Below, in pieces: positions 46,711 to 56,104 of a DNA stretch of 64,000 nt; the first letter of the stretch is position 1, and each line of letters starts with the position of its first letter. This DNA is from Caenibius sp. (lineage in GTDB: Bacteria; Pseudomonadota; Alphaproteobacteria; Sphingomonadales; Sphingomonadaceae), in NCBI GenBank assembly GCA_030830695.1, contig JAURML010000026.1, positions 20,372 through 84,371 on the forward strand, given 5' to 3'. Position numbers and translations under genes: made by a program. The notes beneath the pieces were generated by a model, which worked only from the letters and a program-made list of their open reading frames with translations, had not been told where the DNA came from and ran no database searches.

Positions 46711-47550
46711 ATGCCTGAATTGCTGACATGGGAAGATGCGAAGATTGTGGGCGAGATTCTTTCTGCCCGCTTACCCCATGTCGCGGACGTCGCTCCGGCC
46801 AACCTGTACCTGTTTCGCCGAGAGCACGAATACCAACTCCATAGGGGCTCACTGCCCTACCTTACGGGCCGCGCCTATGACGGGGCGCGGCTGATCATGC
46901 CGCTGTTCGCGCACGCCGACGCCAATCCGACGCAATGGATAGAATTGCTGGGGCAGGATGGCTGGCTTTTCCCGCTACGCCAAGAAGAGTTGTCCACCCT
47001 GCCCCCGGACTGGCAGATGCACTGCAATCCGGACGACAGCGATTATGTCTATCAAACCAGGCAGCTTGCCAGTCTTTTCGGAACGCGCGACCGGCGACGA
47101 CAGGCCGCGCGTTTCCTTGGTTCGGGCAGGATCACCGGGCTGTCCTTCGACGATCCGGCTGCGCCCGCACTAGCGCTGGAGGTGCTGGAAGGCTGGCAAG
47201 CACAATCGGGGAAGGATCCTGCCGCGACCGACCTGACCAACAGCCGAGAAGCGATTGAACGAGTCGCCGCACTGAAGCTGTTTGGCGAAGTAATATTGCG
47301 CGATGATGCTCCTGTCGGCTTCATTCTCGCCAGCACGCCCTGGTCAGACATGACCGTAATACACTTCGCCAAAGGCCTGGCGGAGGCCAACGGCGTCTAC
47401 CCGGCTATGTTCAGCCGAATTGCCGCGCGGCCGGACGCGCCCATTTGGACCAGTTTTGAGCAAGACCTCGGCAATCCGCGATTCCGACAGGCTAAACGCG
47501 CTTATGGCCCGGACCACTTGCTCGCCAAGTACCGCGCTCGTCCCACTTGA
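46711..47550 (+). CDS. Hypothetical protein, DUF2156 (LPG-synthase C-terminal/GNAT-like) type
   Basis: 'NLYLFRREHEY', 'DSDYVYQTRQLASLFG' and C-terminal 'EQDLGNPRFRQAKRAYGP' fit my memory of the DUF2156 pattern. This is not verifiable here. Confidence 0.45.
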   Translation: MPELLTWEDAKIVGEILSARLPHVADVAPANLYLFRREHEYQLHRGSLPYLTGRAYDGARLIMPLFAHADANPTQWIELLGQDGWLFPLRQEELSTLPPDWQMHCNPDDSDYVYQTRQLASLFGTRDRRRQAARFLGSGRITGLSFDDPAAPALALEVLEGWQAQSGKDPAATDLTNSREAIERVAALKLFGEVILRDDAPVGFILASTPWSDMTVIHFAKGLAEANGVYPAMFSRIAARPDAPIWTSFEQDLGNPRFRQAKRAYGPDHLLAKYRARPT

Positions 47551-47624
47551 CGCACGCAACAAGGCAATTCAGATAGCGGAATTAAAAGTCGACACATAAC
47601 AGTTGGCCTAGATGGAGAAATGCG

Positions 47625-48335
47625 ATGCCCGATTTTGCCGTCATGCACTTTCACAATCCTGCCCACGGCAAGGCCGAAGCCCTGGGAGAAGCCTTTGCCG
47701 GGACTCATCTGGCCCGACTGCGCCAGATGCGCGGTTTTACAGGGGTTCAGCGCTTCGCTGTCGCCCAGACCCAGCTGATGCCAGGTGCACAGCCATGGGC
47801 CAACCTGACGACCTATGAATTCACACTCGATCAGCCGGAAATGCACCTGCCGGCGCTCGCCAGCCCGCTTGCCGACCTGCGCGATGCAGGCCTCATCGCC
47901 AGCGACGGAACCGAGCGGGTCTATAGCTACGGCCTCTATTCGCCGTGGAAGTTCAGCACGAACCTCGATCCGGCTCAGCCGTTCAGCCACATGATGGTCC
48001 TGCTGGCCAATGTCACCGCCGGTCAAGATGCCGAGTATCATCAATGGTACGATGATGTGCACTCGGTCGAAGTGACTAATTCCCCCGGTTACGTCGGCAT
48101 GAAGCGCGGCGCCCTGCTCGACGTGCCGGTGGCGCCGGTCCACTATTGCCCGGGCAGCCAGTTGATCCTCGGCGCGATGCAGACCGATGACCTGACTGCA
48201 ACCTTTGCCGAATTCATCGCCCGCGCCAATGGCAAGAGCACCTCGGGCGTCAACTGGGGCCCGCGCCCGCAATCAGCCTCGGTGGCGCGCACAGTGCATA
48301 TCTTCGCGTCGGTCCAGGGTCCGTTCGCGGGCTGA
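47625..48335 (+). CDS. Hypothetical protein with two tandem ferredoxin-like (EthD/Dabb-type) halves
   Basis: 236 aa, GC3-rich, RBS GGAGAA. The second half, 'QDAEYHQWYDDVHSVEVTNSPGYVGMKRG', resembles dimeric alpha/beta-barrel proteins. The gene ends 4 nt before the Mo-enzyme start. Confidence 0.5.
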   Translation: MPDFAVMHFHNPAHGKAEALGEAFAGTHLARLRQMRGFTGVQRFAVAQTQLMPGAQPWANLTTYEFTLDQPEMHLPALASPLADLRDAGLIASDGTERVYSYGLYSPWKFSTNLDPAQPFSHMMVLLANVTAGQDAEYHQWYDDVHSVEVTNSPGYVGMKRGALLDVPVAPVHYCPGSQLILGAMQTDDLTATFAEFIARANGKSTSGVNWGPRPQSASVARTVHIFASVQGPFAG

Positions 48336-48339
48336 TCCC

Positions 48340-50469
48340 ATGACCGGTCCCGCCTCTTTCAGCGTGCATACCAGCTTCTGCCGGCTGTGCGAGGCTCTTT
48401 GCGGACTGGAGGTCGAGGTGCGCAATGGCACGGTCACGCGGATCGGGCCGGATCGCGCCCATGTCGTTTCCGAAGGCCATATGTGCGTGAAAGGCGCGCG
48501 CATGGTCGATGTGGTCAACGATCCGGACCGCGTGCTCACCCCGCTGCGGCGTTCCGGCGCGCCGGGCGAATTTGCGCCAGTCAGCTGGGACGAAGCGCTC
48601 GACAATATCGCTGCTCGACTGCAAGCTGTGATCGCGCAGACCGGGGGCAACAGCGTCGCGTCCTACCTCGGCAATCCAGCCTCTTTCGCGACCATGCACC
48701 CGGCCTGCCTGTCCGGTTTCATGGCGAGCCTGGGCAGCCGCCGCAAGTTCAACGCATTGCATACCGATACGGCCGCCAAGAACCTCGCGCTCGAACTGAC
48801 CTATGGCAATCCTTACCGCTTCACCTTCCCCGATCTGGAAGGCTGCGACTTTCTGATCGTCATCGGCGCAAATCCGGCGGTTTCGCACATGTCGCTGGTT
48901 TCAGAGCCCCGCGCTATGCAAAAGCTCGACGCGATTGCTGCGCGCCGCGGGGTGGTCGTCATCGACCCTCGGCGGACGGAGACGGCGCGACGCTATGAGC
49001 ATCTGCCGGTCCGGCCGGACAGCGATGTCTGGCTGGTTGCCCTCATGCTCCAGACGATCTTTGCCGAAGGCCTCCACGACGAAGCGATGCTTGAGCGGAC
49101 CACGATCGGCTGGCGCGAGCTTCGGAGCGCACTGGGCGCCATTGATGCCGAAGCCGCAGCCGCGGCCTGCAACGTCCCGCTCGATCAGGTCCGCAGCCTC
49201 GCCCGCCGTTTCGCCGGGGCCAGAACCGCCGCCTGCTATACCCGGCTCGGCACAGGTCGGGGCCGCTATCCCACCCTGACCAATCTGCTGATCGAGGCAC
49301 TCAACATTGTCACTGGCCGGTTCGGCCAGCCCGGCGGCTGGGTCATCGGCCAGGGCCCGATCGACCTCATGAGCCACAACACCAACCCCTATGGCTCGAT
49401 GCACTCGCGCCTCGGCAATCTCCCGCTGATCATGGGAACGGCACCGGGCGGTTCGCTCGCGAATGAAATCCTGACACCCGGCGATGGGCAGATCCGGGCG
49501 CTGTTCGTCGATTCCGGCAATCCGGTAATATCCTATCCGCGCGGCGACCGGCTGGCCGAAGCGCTCGAACAGCTCGAACTGATGGTCTCGCTCGATCTAT
49601 ACGTGAACGAAACCAATCGCCACGCGCACTACATCCTGCCTGCCGCCACCTTCCTCGAACGGGCTGACCTTAACGAGCTATGGGGCGCCAATGCGCCGCG
49701 TCCGTGGATCCAGTACAGCGATCCGGTGATCCCGCCGCGCGGCGAGGCCCGGCTTGAATTCGACGTCTATGCCGCCATCGCACGGCGCATGGGCCTTCCC
49801 GGCCCGCTCGCCCATTTCGCCACGCCCGCCTGCCCCGAGCCAGGGCCGATCGAGGCCGCCGCAGTCCTGTTGCGGACGGGCAAGTGGGGCGCGGCGGCGG
49901 GCGAGGATGAGCTTACCATCGACCGGCTGCGCGACGAATTCCCCCACGGCATGCGCTTTCGCGATTCCGTCGACGCCGCCGGCAGCCATGCCTTCGTCGC
50001 CCACGCCGATGGCAGGCTGCATCTGTGGAGCGAATTGCAGGCCGGGGAACTGAACCGCCTGCTCGCCGACAAGGCCGCCGCCGGGGAGCAGATGCGCCTG
50101 TTCGGCCGCCGCCGCCTGCAGGCCCTCAACAGCTGGATGCACAACAGCGAGCGGCTGAGCCGGGGCGATCGGCCCACCCTACAGATCCATCCGGATGATG
50201 CCGCGCGGCTGAACATCGCGGATGGCGCCATGGTCCGGGTGACGAGTTCGACCGGCTCCCTCTCACTGTTGGCCGAAGTGACCGACCAGGTGGTTCCCGG
50301 ATCGGCGAGCTATCCGCACGGCTATGGCCACGAAGGCGGCTGGCAGCGCGCCAATGGCATCGCCGGAGCCAATATCAACCTGCTTGCATCAGACGACATC
50401 GCCGACTGGGAACAGGTATCGGGGATCTGCCTGCTCGATGGCATCCCGATCTGCATCGAGACAGCGTGA
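48340..50469 (+). CDS. Molybdopterin (MopB superfamily) oxidoreductase, cytoplasmic single-subunit type
   Basis: N-terminal 4Fe-4S motif 'CRLCEALCGLEV..(26)..CVKG'. C-terminal MGD-binding barrel 'LQIHPDDAARLNIADGAMVRVTSSTGS'. No twin-arginine signal. Start at 'MTGPASF' (48340), not 48205. Confidence 0.85.
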   Translation: MTGPASFSVHTSFCRLCEALCGLEVEVRNGTVTRIGPDRAHVVSEGHMCVKGARMVDVVNDPDRVLTPLRRSGAPGEFAPVSWDEALDNIAARLQAVIAQTGGNSVASYLGNPASFATMHPACLSGFMASLGSRRKFNALHTDTAAKNLALELTYGNPYRFTFPDLEGCDFLIVIGANPAVSHMSLVSEPRAMQKLDAIAARRGVVVIDPRRTETARRYEHLPVRPDSDVWLVALMLQTIFAEGLHDEAMLERTTIGWRELRSALGAIDAEAAAAACNVPLDQVRSLARRFAGARTAACYTRLGTGRGRYPTLTNLLIEALNIVTGRFGQPGGWVIGQGPIDLMSHNTNPYGSMHSRLGNLPLIMGTAPGGSLANEILTPGDGQIRALFVDSGNPVISYPRGDRLAEALEQLELMVSLDLYVNETNRHAHYILPAATFLERADLNELWGANAPRPWIQYSDPVIPPRGEARLEFDVYAAIARRMGLPGPLAHFATPACPEPGPIEAAAVLLRTGKWGAAAGEDELTIDRLRDEFPHGMRFRDSVDAAGSHAFVAHADGRLHLWSELQAGELNRLLADKAAAGEQMRLFGRRRLQALNSWMHNSERLSRGDRPTLQIHPDDAARLNIADGAMVRVTSSTGSLSLLAEVTDQVVPGSASYPHGYGHEGGWQRANGIAGANINLLASDDIADWEQVSGICLLDGIPICIETA

Positions 50470-51278
50470 GCCAGTCGGCACAACCCGATCCAGCCCGGCT
50501 CGCTGCGTGGCTGACCGAACTGGTCGGCGCGCCGGTCGTGGTGGAAGAGCTGCGCGCGCCCGATGCGGGCATGTCCAACACGACGATGCTGGTCGATGCC
50601 CGTGTCGACGGTGCGTTGTGCAAACTGGTGGTGAAGCTGCTCTCGCCCGCCAGCGTGGTTTATCGCTTCGATCCCGTGCGGGAGGCTGCGGTGCTTGGGT
50701 ATCTGCGCGAGGCGGGCACGCCGGTGCCGACGATCGTCGGGATGGAACCTACTGGCAAACGGTTGGGCCGCCCCGCTGTAGCGATGGAGCGGGTCGACGG
50801 GCGCAGCCCGCCTGATGTGGGCGTGCTGGGCTATGTTGCTGGCGGCTGGGTGACAGAGCTGCCTCCTGAGCAACGGCGCGCCGTGTGCGAGGCCTATGTC
50901 GATGCCCTCGCCGCCATGCACAACCGTACCAGCGGCCGGCCCTGCCCTGCCGCCACCCACGGCGACGGCACCGTATCGGCCATGGTTGCCCATTGGCGCG
51001 AGGGACTGCTCGATGCGCTGCGCGGCGAGCCAGCACCACGCCAGCTGGCGGCACTCGACTGGCTGGCGCGCGAAGCGCCGAGCCAGAGCGCAGTCACTCC
51101 CGCGCTGTGCATGGTAGATGCGCGGTTGCAGAACGCGATCTATGACGGTGACCGGGTCGCCGCGCTGATTGACTTCGAGATTGCGCAGATCGGCAATGCG
51201 AAGGCCGCAACCGCGTCGGGTGAGTCTTTGGAGAGAAGAAACAACAACGGCATAACGCCACCTACTGTCGAAAAATGA
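50466..51278 (+). CDS. APH/ChoK-fold phosphotransferase-like protein, degenerate and C-terminally truncated (possible pseudogene)
   Basis: GTGA overlap with the Mo-enzyme stop. The catalytic loop reads 'CMVDARLQN' rather than the 'CHGDYRSGN' of the paralog 56105..57118. The ORF ends about 33 residues after the 'DFE' motif; the paralog continues for about 105. Confidence 0.5.
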   Translation: MSQSAQPDPARLAAWLTELVGAPVVVEELRAPDAGMSNTTMLVDARVDGALCKLVVKLLSPASVVYRFDPVREAAVLGYLREAGTPVPTIVGMEPTGKRLGRPAVAMERVDGRSPPDVGVLGYVAGGWVTELPPEQRRAVCEAYVDALAAMHNRTSGRPCPAATHGDGTVSAMVAHWREGLLDALRGEPAPRQLAALDWLAREAPSQSAVTPALCMVDARLQNAIYDGDRVAALIDFEIAQIGNAKAATASGESLERRNNNGITPPTVEK

Positions 51279-51393
51279 TTCTGTCGTTCGAGAGTTTCTT
51301 CAAACTCGCTGCATGACGCCCGCGTGCGAAACCTTGTGTCAACGCGGCCAAGGCTTCAGGCGCAAATTTGAGAGCGCGATGCAAACCAAAATT

Positions 51394-51415
51394 ACATTAG
51401 CCATTGATTTAATGT
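51394..51415. promoter_or_regulatory. Candidate MarR operator: ACATTA-N10-TAATGT just upstream of the marR-like gene
   Basis: Inverted repeat read from the sequence in the AT-rich leader, 14 nt before the start codon. Confidence 0.3.
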
Positions 51416-51428
51416 CTCTAGTTACTAT

Positions 51429-51884
51429 ATGCACCGTTACATGTTTTCTGCAGCATATCTTCTTAGCGATACCGCACGGCTGCTTCGTCGCGCATTCGAT
51501 GAGCGCGTGAGACAACTGGATTTGACCAGCACTCAAGCTAGATTGCTTCTAATCCTCTCACGTGATGAAGGGCAAAATCAGGCATTCTATGCTGAGAGAC
51601 TCGAAGTTGAGCCAATTTCTCTTTGCCGATTGCTTGATCGGATGGTTGCAACCGGGCGGATTGAGCGACGTCCGGATCCGGCCGACCGCCGGGCCTGGCG
51701 CGTGTTTCTTACCGCTGACGGGCACAAAATCATTAAACAGGTCAACACGTCCTCGATCGGACTCGAAGCGGAGCTATTGTTAAACTTAAGCGACGAACAA
51801 AAAGTCGCGCTGGTGACGGCCCTTGAGACGATTCGCGACAATCTGTCGCATCCTAAGCGAGAAGTGGCCGCCTCCGATGTCTGA
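51429..51884 (+). CDS. MarR family transcriptional regulator
   Basis: 'LTSTQARLLLILSRDEG..QNQAFYAERLEVEPISLCRLLDRMVATGRIERRPDPADRRA' is a typical MarR wHTH. 151 aa. Confidence 0.85.
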   Translation: MHRYMFSAAYLLSDTARLLRRAFDERVRQLDLTSTQARLLLILSRDEGQNQAFYAERLEVEPISLCRLLDRMVATGRIERRPDPADRRAWRVFLTADGHKIIKQVNTSSIGLEAELLLNLSDEQKVALVTALETIRDNLSHPKREVAASDV

Positions 51885-52944
51885 GAGCGATCCGCGGATT
51901 GAACTTCCCATCGAGGCCGAAGCACATGTGCCGAAGCCGCGGCGCCAATGGGGCAGACTTGCATTAATGCTTTCGTTGCCAATCGCTCTAATCGTTGGCG
52001 GCACGGTCTACTGGAATAGTCTGCAAGGCAAAGTTTCGACCGACAATGCGTATGTCCACGTCGACAAAATTTCGGTAAGTAGCGAGGTCGGCGGCAAGAT
52101 CATCGAAGTGATGGTCAAGGAAAACCAACATGTGAATGCCGGTGATTTGCTGTTCCGGATCGATCCTGCAACCTACCAGCTGCAGCTGGCACAGGCCGAT
52201 GCCGCAATAGCGTCTGCGCAAGCGAACCAGAATGCGCTAGCCAATTCTAGTGCTCTTTCAGGTGCCGACGTCTCAGCTGCGCGCGAGCAGATCGCCTTCG
52301 CGCGGTCCAATCTTTCGCGTCAGGAAGAATTGTGGAAACGCGGGTTCACGACAAAGGCTGCCTATGAAGCGGCGCAGCACCAGGTAGCTATCGGGCAGGA
52401 AGCTCTGCGCTTGGCTGACGCCAAGAGCCAAGAGGCCGCGGCCAAATTGGCCGCTGGTGCGCAGGTGCCCGGAGTCTATCCGCAAGTTGCCGCGGCAAAG
52501 GCGCAGCGCCGGATGGTTGAGCTTAACCTGTCTCGCACCGAGGTACGCGCTCCGGCTTCGGGTATCGTCGGCCAAGCCGACCGCCTGCAGGTGGGAGGCG
52601 ACATGATCACCGGGCTGCCCGCGCTGACTCTCATGGTTGATGGGTCCAGTTACATTGAGGCCAATTTCAAGGAAACCGATCTCGCCCAGATGCGTCCGGG
52701 TCAGCGAGCTGAAATCAAGTTCGACGCCTATCCCGGCCTTAAGCTCACAGCCCGCGTAGTTTCGATAGGTGCTGGCACGGGCAGCGAGTTCTCAGTGCTG
52801 CCGGCCCAGAATGCTACTGGCAACTGGGTCAAGGTGACCCAGCGTGTACCAGTCCGGATCGCACTTGACGAACCCACTCCGCGGCAATTGATAGCGGGTA
52901 TGTCGGTAACAGTTACGGTCTTCACCGATAGCGTCAAGCGCTAG
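51877..52944 (+). CDS. HlyD/EmrA-type membrane fusion protein of a multidrug efflux pump
   Basis: An N-terminal TM segment is followed by 'TDNAYVHVDKISVSSEVGGKIIEV' (lipoyl-like), a coiled coil, and 'TGNWVKVTQRVPVRI'. The start overlaps the marR stop (ATGTCTGA). Confidence 0.9.
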   Translation: MSESDPRIELPIEAEAHVPKPRRQWGRLALMLSLPIALIVGGTVYWNSLQGKVSTDNAYVHVDKISVSSEVGGKIIEVMVKENQHVNAGDLLFRIDPATYQLQLAQADAAIASAQANQNALANSSALSGADVSAAREQIAFARSNLSRQEELWKRGFTTKAAYEAAQHQVAIGQEALRLADAKSQEAAAKLAAGAQVPGVYPQVAAAKAQRRMVELNLSRTEVRAPASGIVGQADRLQVGGDMITGLPALTLMVDGSSYIEANFKETDLAQMRPGQRAEIKFDAYPGLKLTARVVSIGAGTGSEFSVLPAQNATGNWVKVTQRVPVRIALDEPTPRQLIAGMSVTVTVFTDSVKR

Positions 52945-52950
52945 GCGAAA

Positions 52951-54582
52951 GTGATGGCAAATGCTGCCGCCAAAGACGATAAGAAGAGAAATATCTCCGG
53001 ACAAGCAATGTTCGCCGCAACCGACGACGTCGCCACACTGCCTGCCAAAAACCCCTTCCTGCTTTCTGTCGGAGTTATGCTGGCTTCGTTGCTGCAGATC
53101 CTCGATACCACGATTGCCAATGTTGCGATCCCGCATATGCAATCGACTTTGGGCGCCACCAGCGATGAGATCAGCTGGGTTTTGACGAGTTACATTGTAG
53201 CAACAGCCATTGCTATGCCGATCACGGGCTGGCTTGCCGATCAGGTCGGTTCGCGGCGCCTGTTCATTTTCTCGGTAGCTGGGTTTATCATCTCCTCGAT
53301 TATGTGCGGCATGGCCCAGAATATCACCCAAATGGTTCTGTTTAGGGCACTACAAGGTGCCACCGGCGCATTTATCTCTCCCCTCAGCCAAGCTGCGATG
53401 ATCGACACCAACAAGCCATCAAAACAGTCGCAGATGATGGCGGTCTGGGGCATGGGAATTATGGTTGGCCCAATCCTCGGGCCGATACTGGGCGGTTGGC
53501 TTACGGAAAACTGGAACTGGCGCTCCGTCTTTTACGTCAATCTGCCAGTCGGGATGATCGCGCTTGTAATCCTAATCGCAGAGCTTCCCTCACGACAAAT
53601 TCTTCGGCGGCGTTTTGATATAGCCGGGTTTGCCTTGGTCGCCATCGCACTGACATCGCTCCAATTGTTGCTGGATAGGGGCAACCATATCGATTGGTTC
53701 CAGTCCATCGAGGCATGGGTGTACATGTTTCTTACTCTTTCCGCCGCCTGGATTGGGGTCATTCATCTCGCAACGGCGAAAGAGCCATTGTTCAACCGCC
53801 AGTTGTTTGCCGATTCCAATTTCGTTGTTGCAGGCTTGTTGAGTTTAGTGATCGGAATCGTGATGTTCGCGACAATGGCGCTCCTTCCACCAATGCTCCA
53901 GCGGCTTTTCGGTTACGGAGTGATCGATACGGGTGAGGCGCTGATGGCGCGCGGGTTCGGAACTCTCATTTCAATGCAGATTGCCGGATACCTTTTGAGG
54001 ACAGGCTTCGATCCCAGGGTTTTGTTGAGCACGGGATTTGCGATCGCTGGGATTTCACTTTGGGAAATGTCACAGTGGTCGCTTCAAACCGACTATTATC
54101 ACATTGCCATGTCGGGATTTGTCCAAGGCTTCGGCATGGGTGCCGTCTTTGTTACAGTCAACGCGAGCGCTTTTGTCACTTTGGCTCCAAGCATGCGCAC
54201 GGACGGATCGAGCCTCATGAACCTCATGCGTTCGATCGGCTCTTCGGTGGGCATTTCAATAGTCACCACCTTGCTTGCACGGAACGTGCAGGTCGCACAC
54301 TCGGACCTGGCAGGGCATGTCACCGCATCAGTCACCGAGGCGATCGATTTTTCCACTCTCGATCGATTTCAAGACCTTGGCGAAGCGACCTTAAGAATGG
54401 TCGATGCCGAGGTAAATCGCCAAGCTGCCATGATTGCCTATATCGACGACTTCTATTTGATGATGTGGATCACCTTTGCTACCATTCCATTAATCGCTTT
54501 GATGCGCAAAGCAGATTTGAGCCAATTCAGTCCACGCAGCGGCGAACAAGTCGAGCATCGCTCTGTTGACATACCGCACTAA
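52951..54582 (+). CDS. MFS transporter, DHA2/EmrB family (14-TMS multidrug exporter)
   Basis: 'LQILDTTIANVAIPHM', 'GWLADQVGSRRLF' and 'WRSVFYVNLPVG' are typical EmrB/QacA signatures. 543 aa. Confidence 0.9.
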   Translation: MMANAAAKDDKKRNISGQAMFAATDDVATLPAKNPFLLSVGVMLASLLQILDTTIANVAIPHMQSTLGATSDEISWVLTSYIVATAIAMPITGWLADQVGSRRLFIFSVAGFIISSIMCGMAQNITQMVLFRALQGATGAFISPLSQAAMIDTNKPSKQSQMMAVWGMGIMVGPILGPILGGWLTENWNWRSVFYVNLPVGMIALVILIAELPSRQILRRRFDIAGFALVAIALTSLQLLLDRGNHIDWFQSIEAWVYMFLTLSAAWIGVIHLATAKEPLFNRQLFADSNFVVAGLLSLVIGIVMFATMALLPPMLQRLFGYGVIDTGEALMARGFGTLISMQIAGYLLRTGFDPRVLLSTGFAIAGISLWEMSQWSLQTDYYHIAMSGFVQGFGMGAVFVTVNASAFVTLAPSMRTDGSSLMNLMRSIGSSVGISIVTTLLARNVQVAHSDLAGHVTASVTEAIDFSTLDRFQDLGEATLRMVDAEVNRQAAMIAYIDDFYLMMWITFATIPLIALMRKADLSQFSPRSGEQVEHRSVDIPH

Positions 54583-54775
54583 CGGAATTGGCGGAGCGAA
54601 TTTTTTAGATAAGCGACGCTTGTGAATGCCCCACAGTTGACACATGCGCTGACGGCGTTGTGTTGAGCTTATTGAGGGCATGATGCCGGTATCCAAGCCG
54701 CAAATCTGCCGCGCACTAGGGGAATATCCATCGACGCCGGGCTACCTCGTCACTGCCCCCCTCAACCGTTCCGAC

Positions 54776-55951
54776 TCAGGCAACCCCGTCGGTCATGCCC
54801 GCAAGACCAGCGGGTTCATAGGGGCCGAGGATCACCTGTTCCATTGTGCCAATCCCGCTGCGGGCGCCGTCACTGACCCGGACGACTTGCTGGACATGGA
54901 AGTTTTCCATCTGCAGCAGATCGAGGCGCGCAGGATCGAAACAGTCATGTCCGATCGCCAGTTCACCCTTCCAGCGGCCATGGCCCCATTCAGGGTGACC
55001 ATATCCGATGCCTTTCATGTGGAACCGCAGGATCGGCTTGCACGATATCGAACGCAGGCTATCGTCATGGGCGCGCAGATCGAACTGCGCGCTTCGGGCT
55101 AGGCGGGTCTGCGGGTGGTAATCGACCTGGTGGCGCACGGTGGCGTAATGCTTAAGCAGCCCATCTTCGGCGCTCGTCCCATCCGGCTCGACGGCATGCA
55201 ACGGCGAAATCATCGCCTCGCGCATTAGCGGGCGGCCCTGACGATCATCGAATATGATGGCCTGGGTGATGTGATCGTCCCAGAACAGCGGTAGCCACAG
55301 AAAGAAGCTGCTGAACAGCCCAGTCAAGGGCGCGCCGCCCACTTCCGGCTCGCCCACCCGGCGAATACCCCATGACCGGTCCTTGATACCAAGGCAGCGA
55401 TCGGCGCTGACTGCGATATCGCCTTCGGGGGTACGGATCGTGCCGCTCCAGCGCCCGAAGAGATCGAAGCGGGTAGCGTCCATGGTGCGGCGGCTCCCGC
55501 TCCACAGGGTCTGGCGTGCTTCCGCAATCGCCCCGGTCCGGGCCGAAAACACCAGATCGCACGCCAGCCCGCTTTCGTTATCGTCAAGCGTCACGCGGGT
55601 GCGGCGCATCGGCACTTCGTTGACCATGCGGAACGGCCCGACATCCATGACCGTACGTTCGGCGGGTGCGCGGCGCGAGGCGAAGAAGGAGCGTTGCAGG
55701 CCATCCCGTCGCACCAGGCTGAACGCGCAATCGAGCACGCTGCGATGGGGATAGAGCCCCATGGCGATGCCGAAATACCATTCGCCATCATCGGAGAAGC
55801 CACACATCCAGAAGCGATCATAGGCATTGCGATCGGTCGTTGCCAAATGAGCTACCGGTTCGCAGGTCTGATGGATCGGGAAATCATCGAGCAAGTTGAG
55901 CAACACGGCCTCCCATATCGTACAGCCCGCCGCAATTTCGCGCCGATGCAC
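54776..55951 (-). CDS. Hypothetical protein (possibly CrtC/AttH-like beta-barrel hydratase fold)
   Basis: 391-aa GC3-rich ORF with a GTG start (an alternative TTG lies near 55903). 'LGIKDRSWGIR' resembles the G..D.xWG motif of CrtC/AttH-type proteins. Weak recognition only. Confidence 0.5.
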   Translation of the reverse strand: MHRREIAAGCTIWEAVLLNLLDDFPIHQTCEPVAHLATTDRNAYDRFWMCGFSDDGEWYFGIAMGLYPHRSVLDCAFSLVRRDGLQRSFFASRRAPAERTVMDVGPFRMVNEVPMRRTRVTLDDNESGLACDLVFSARTGAIAEARQTLWSGSRRTMDATRFDLFGRWSGTIRTPEGDIAVSADRCLGIKDRSWGIRRVGEPEVGGAPLTGLFSSFFLWLPLFWDDHITQAIIFDDRQGRPLMREAMISPLHAVEPDGTSAEDGLLKHYATVRHQVDYHPQTRLARSAQFDLRAHDDSLRSISCKPILRFHMKGIGYGHPEWGHGRWKGELAIGHDCFDPARLDLLQMENFHVQQVVRVSDGARSGIGTMEQVILGPYEPAGLAGMTDGVA

Positions 55952-56104
55952 ATGGCCTGTCTTTTTCGGTAAGCCAGCGCTGAGTCAAGCTGGCAATCGA
56001 CCCCGCAATCAAATAGCGGTATCTCTAATGTTGTGTCAGGCTACCTTGCTGGGCTAGGAACTCTGGCAAACAAGACAATGCGCTACATCAGGAGAGGCAT
56101 TACG

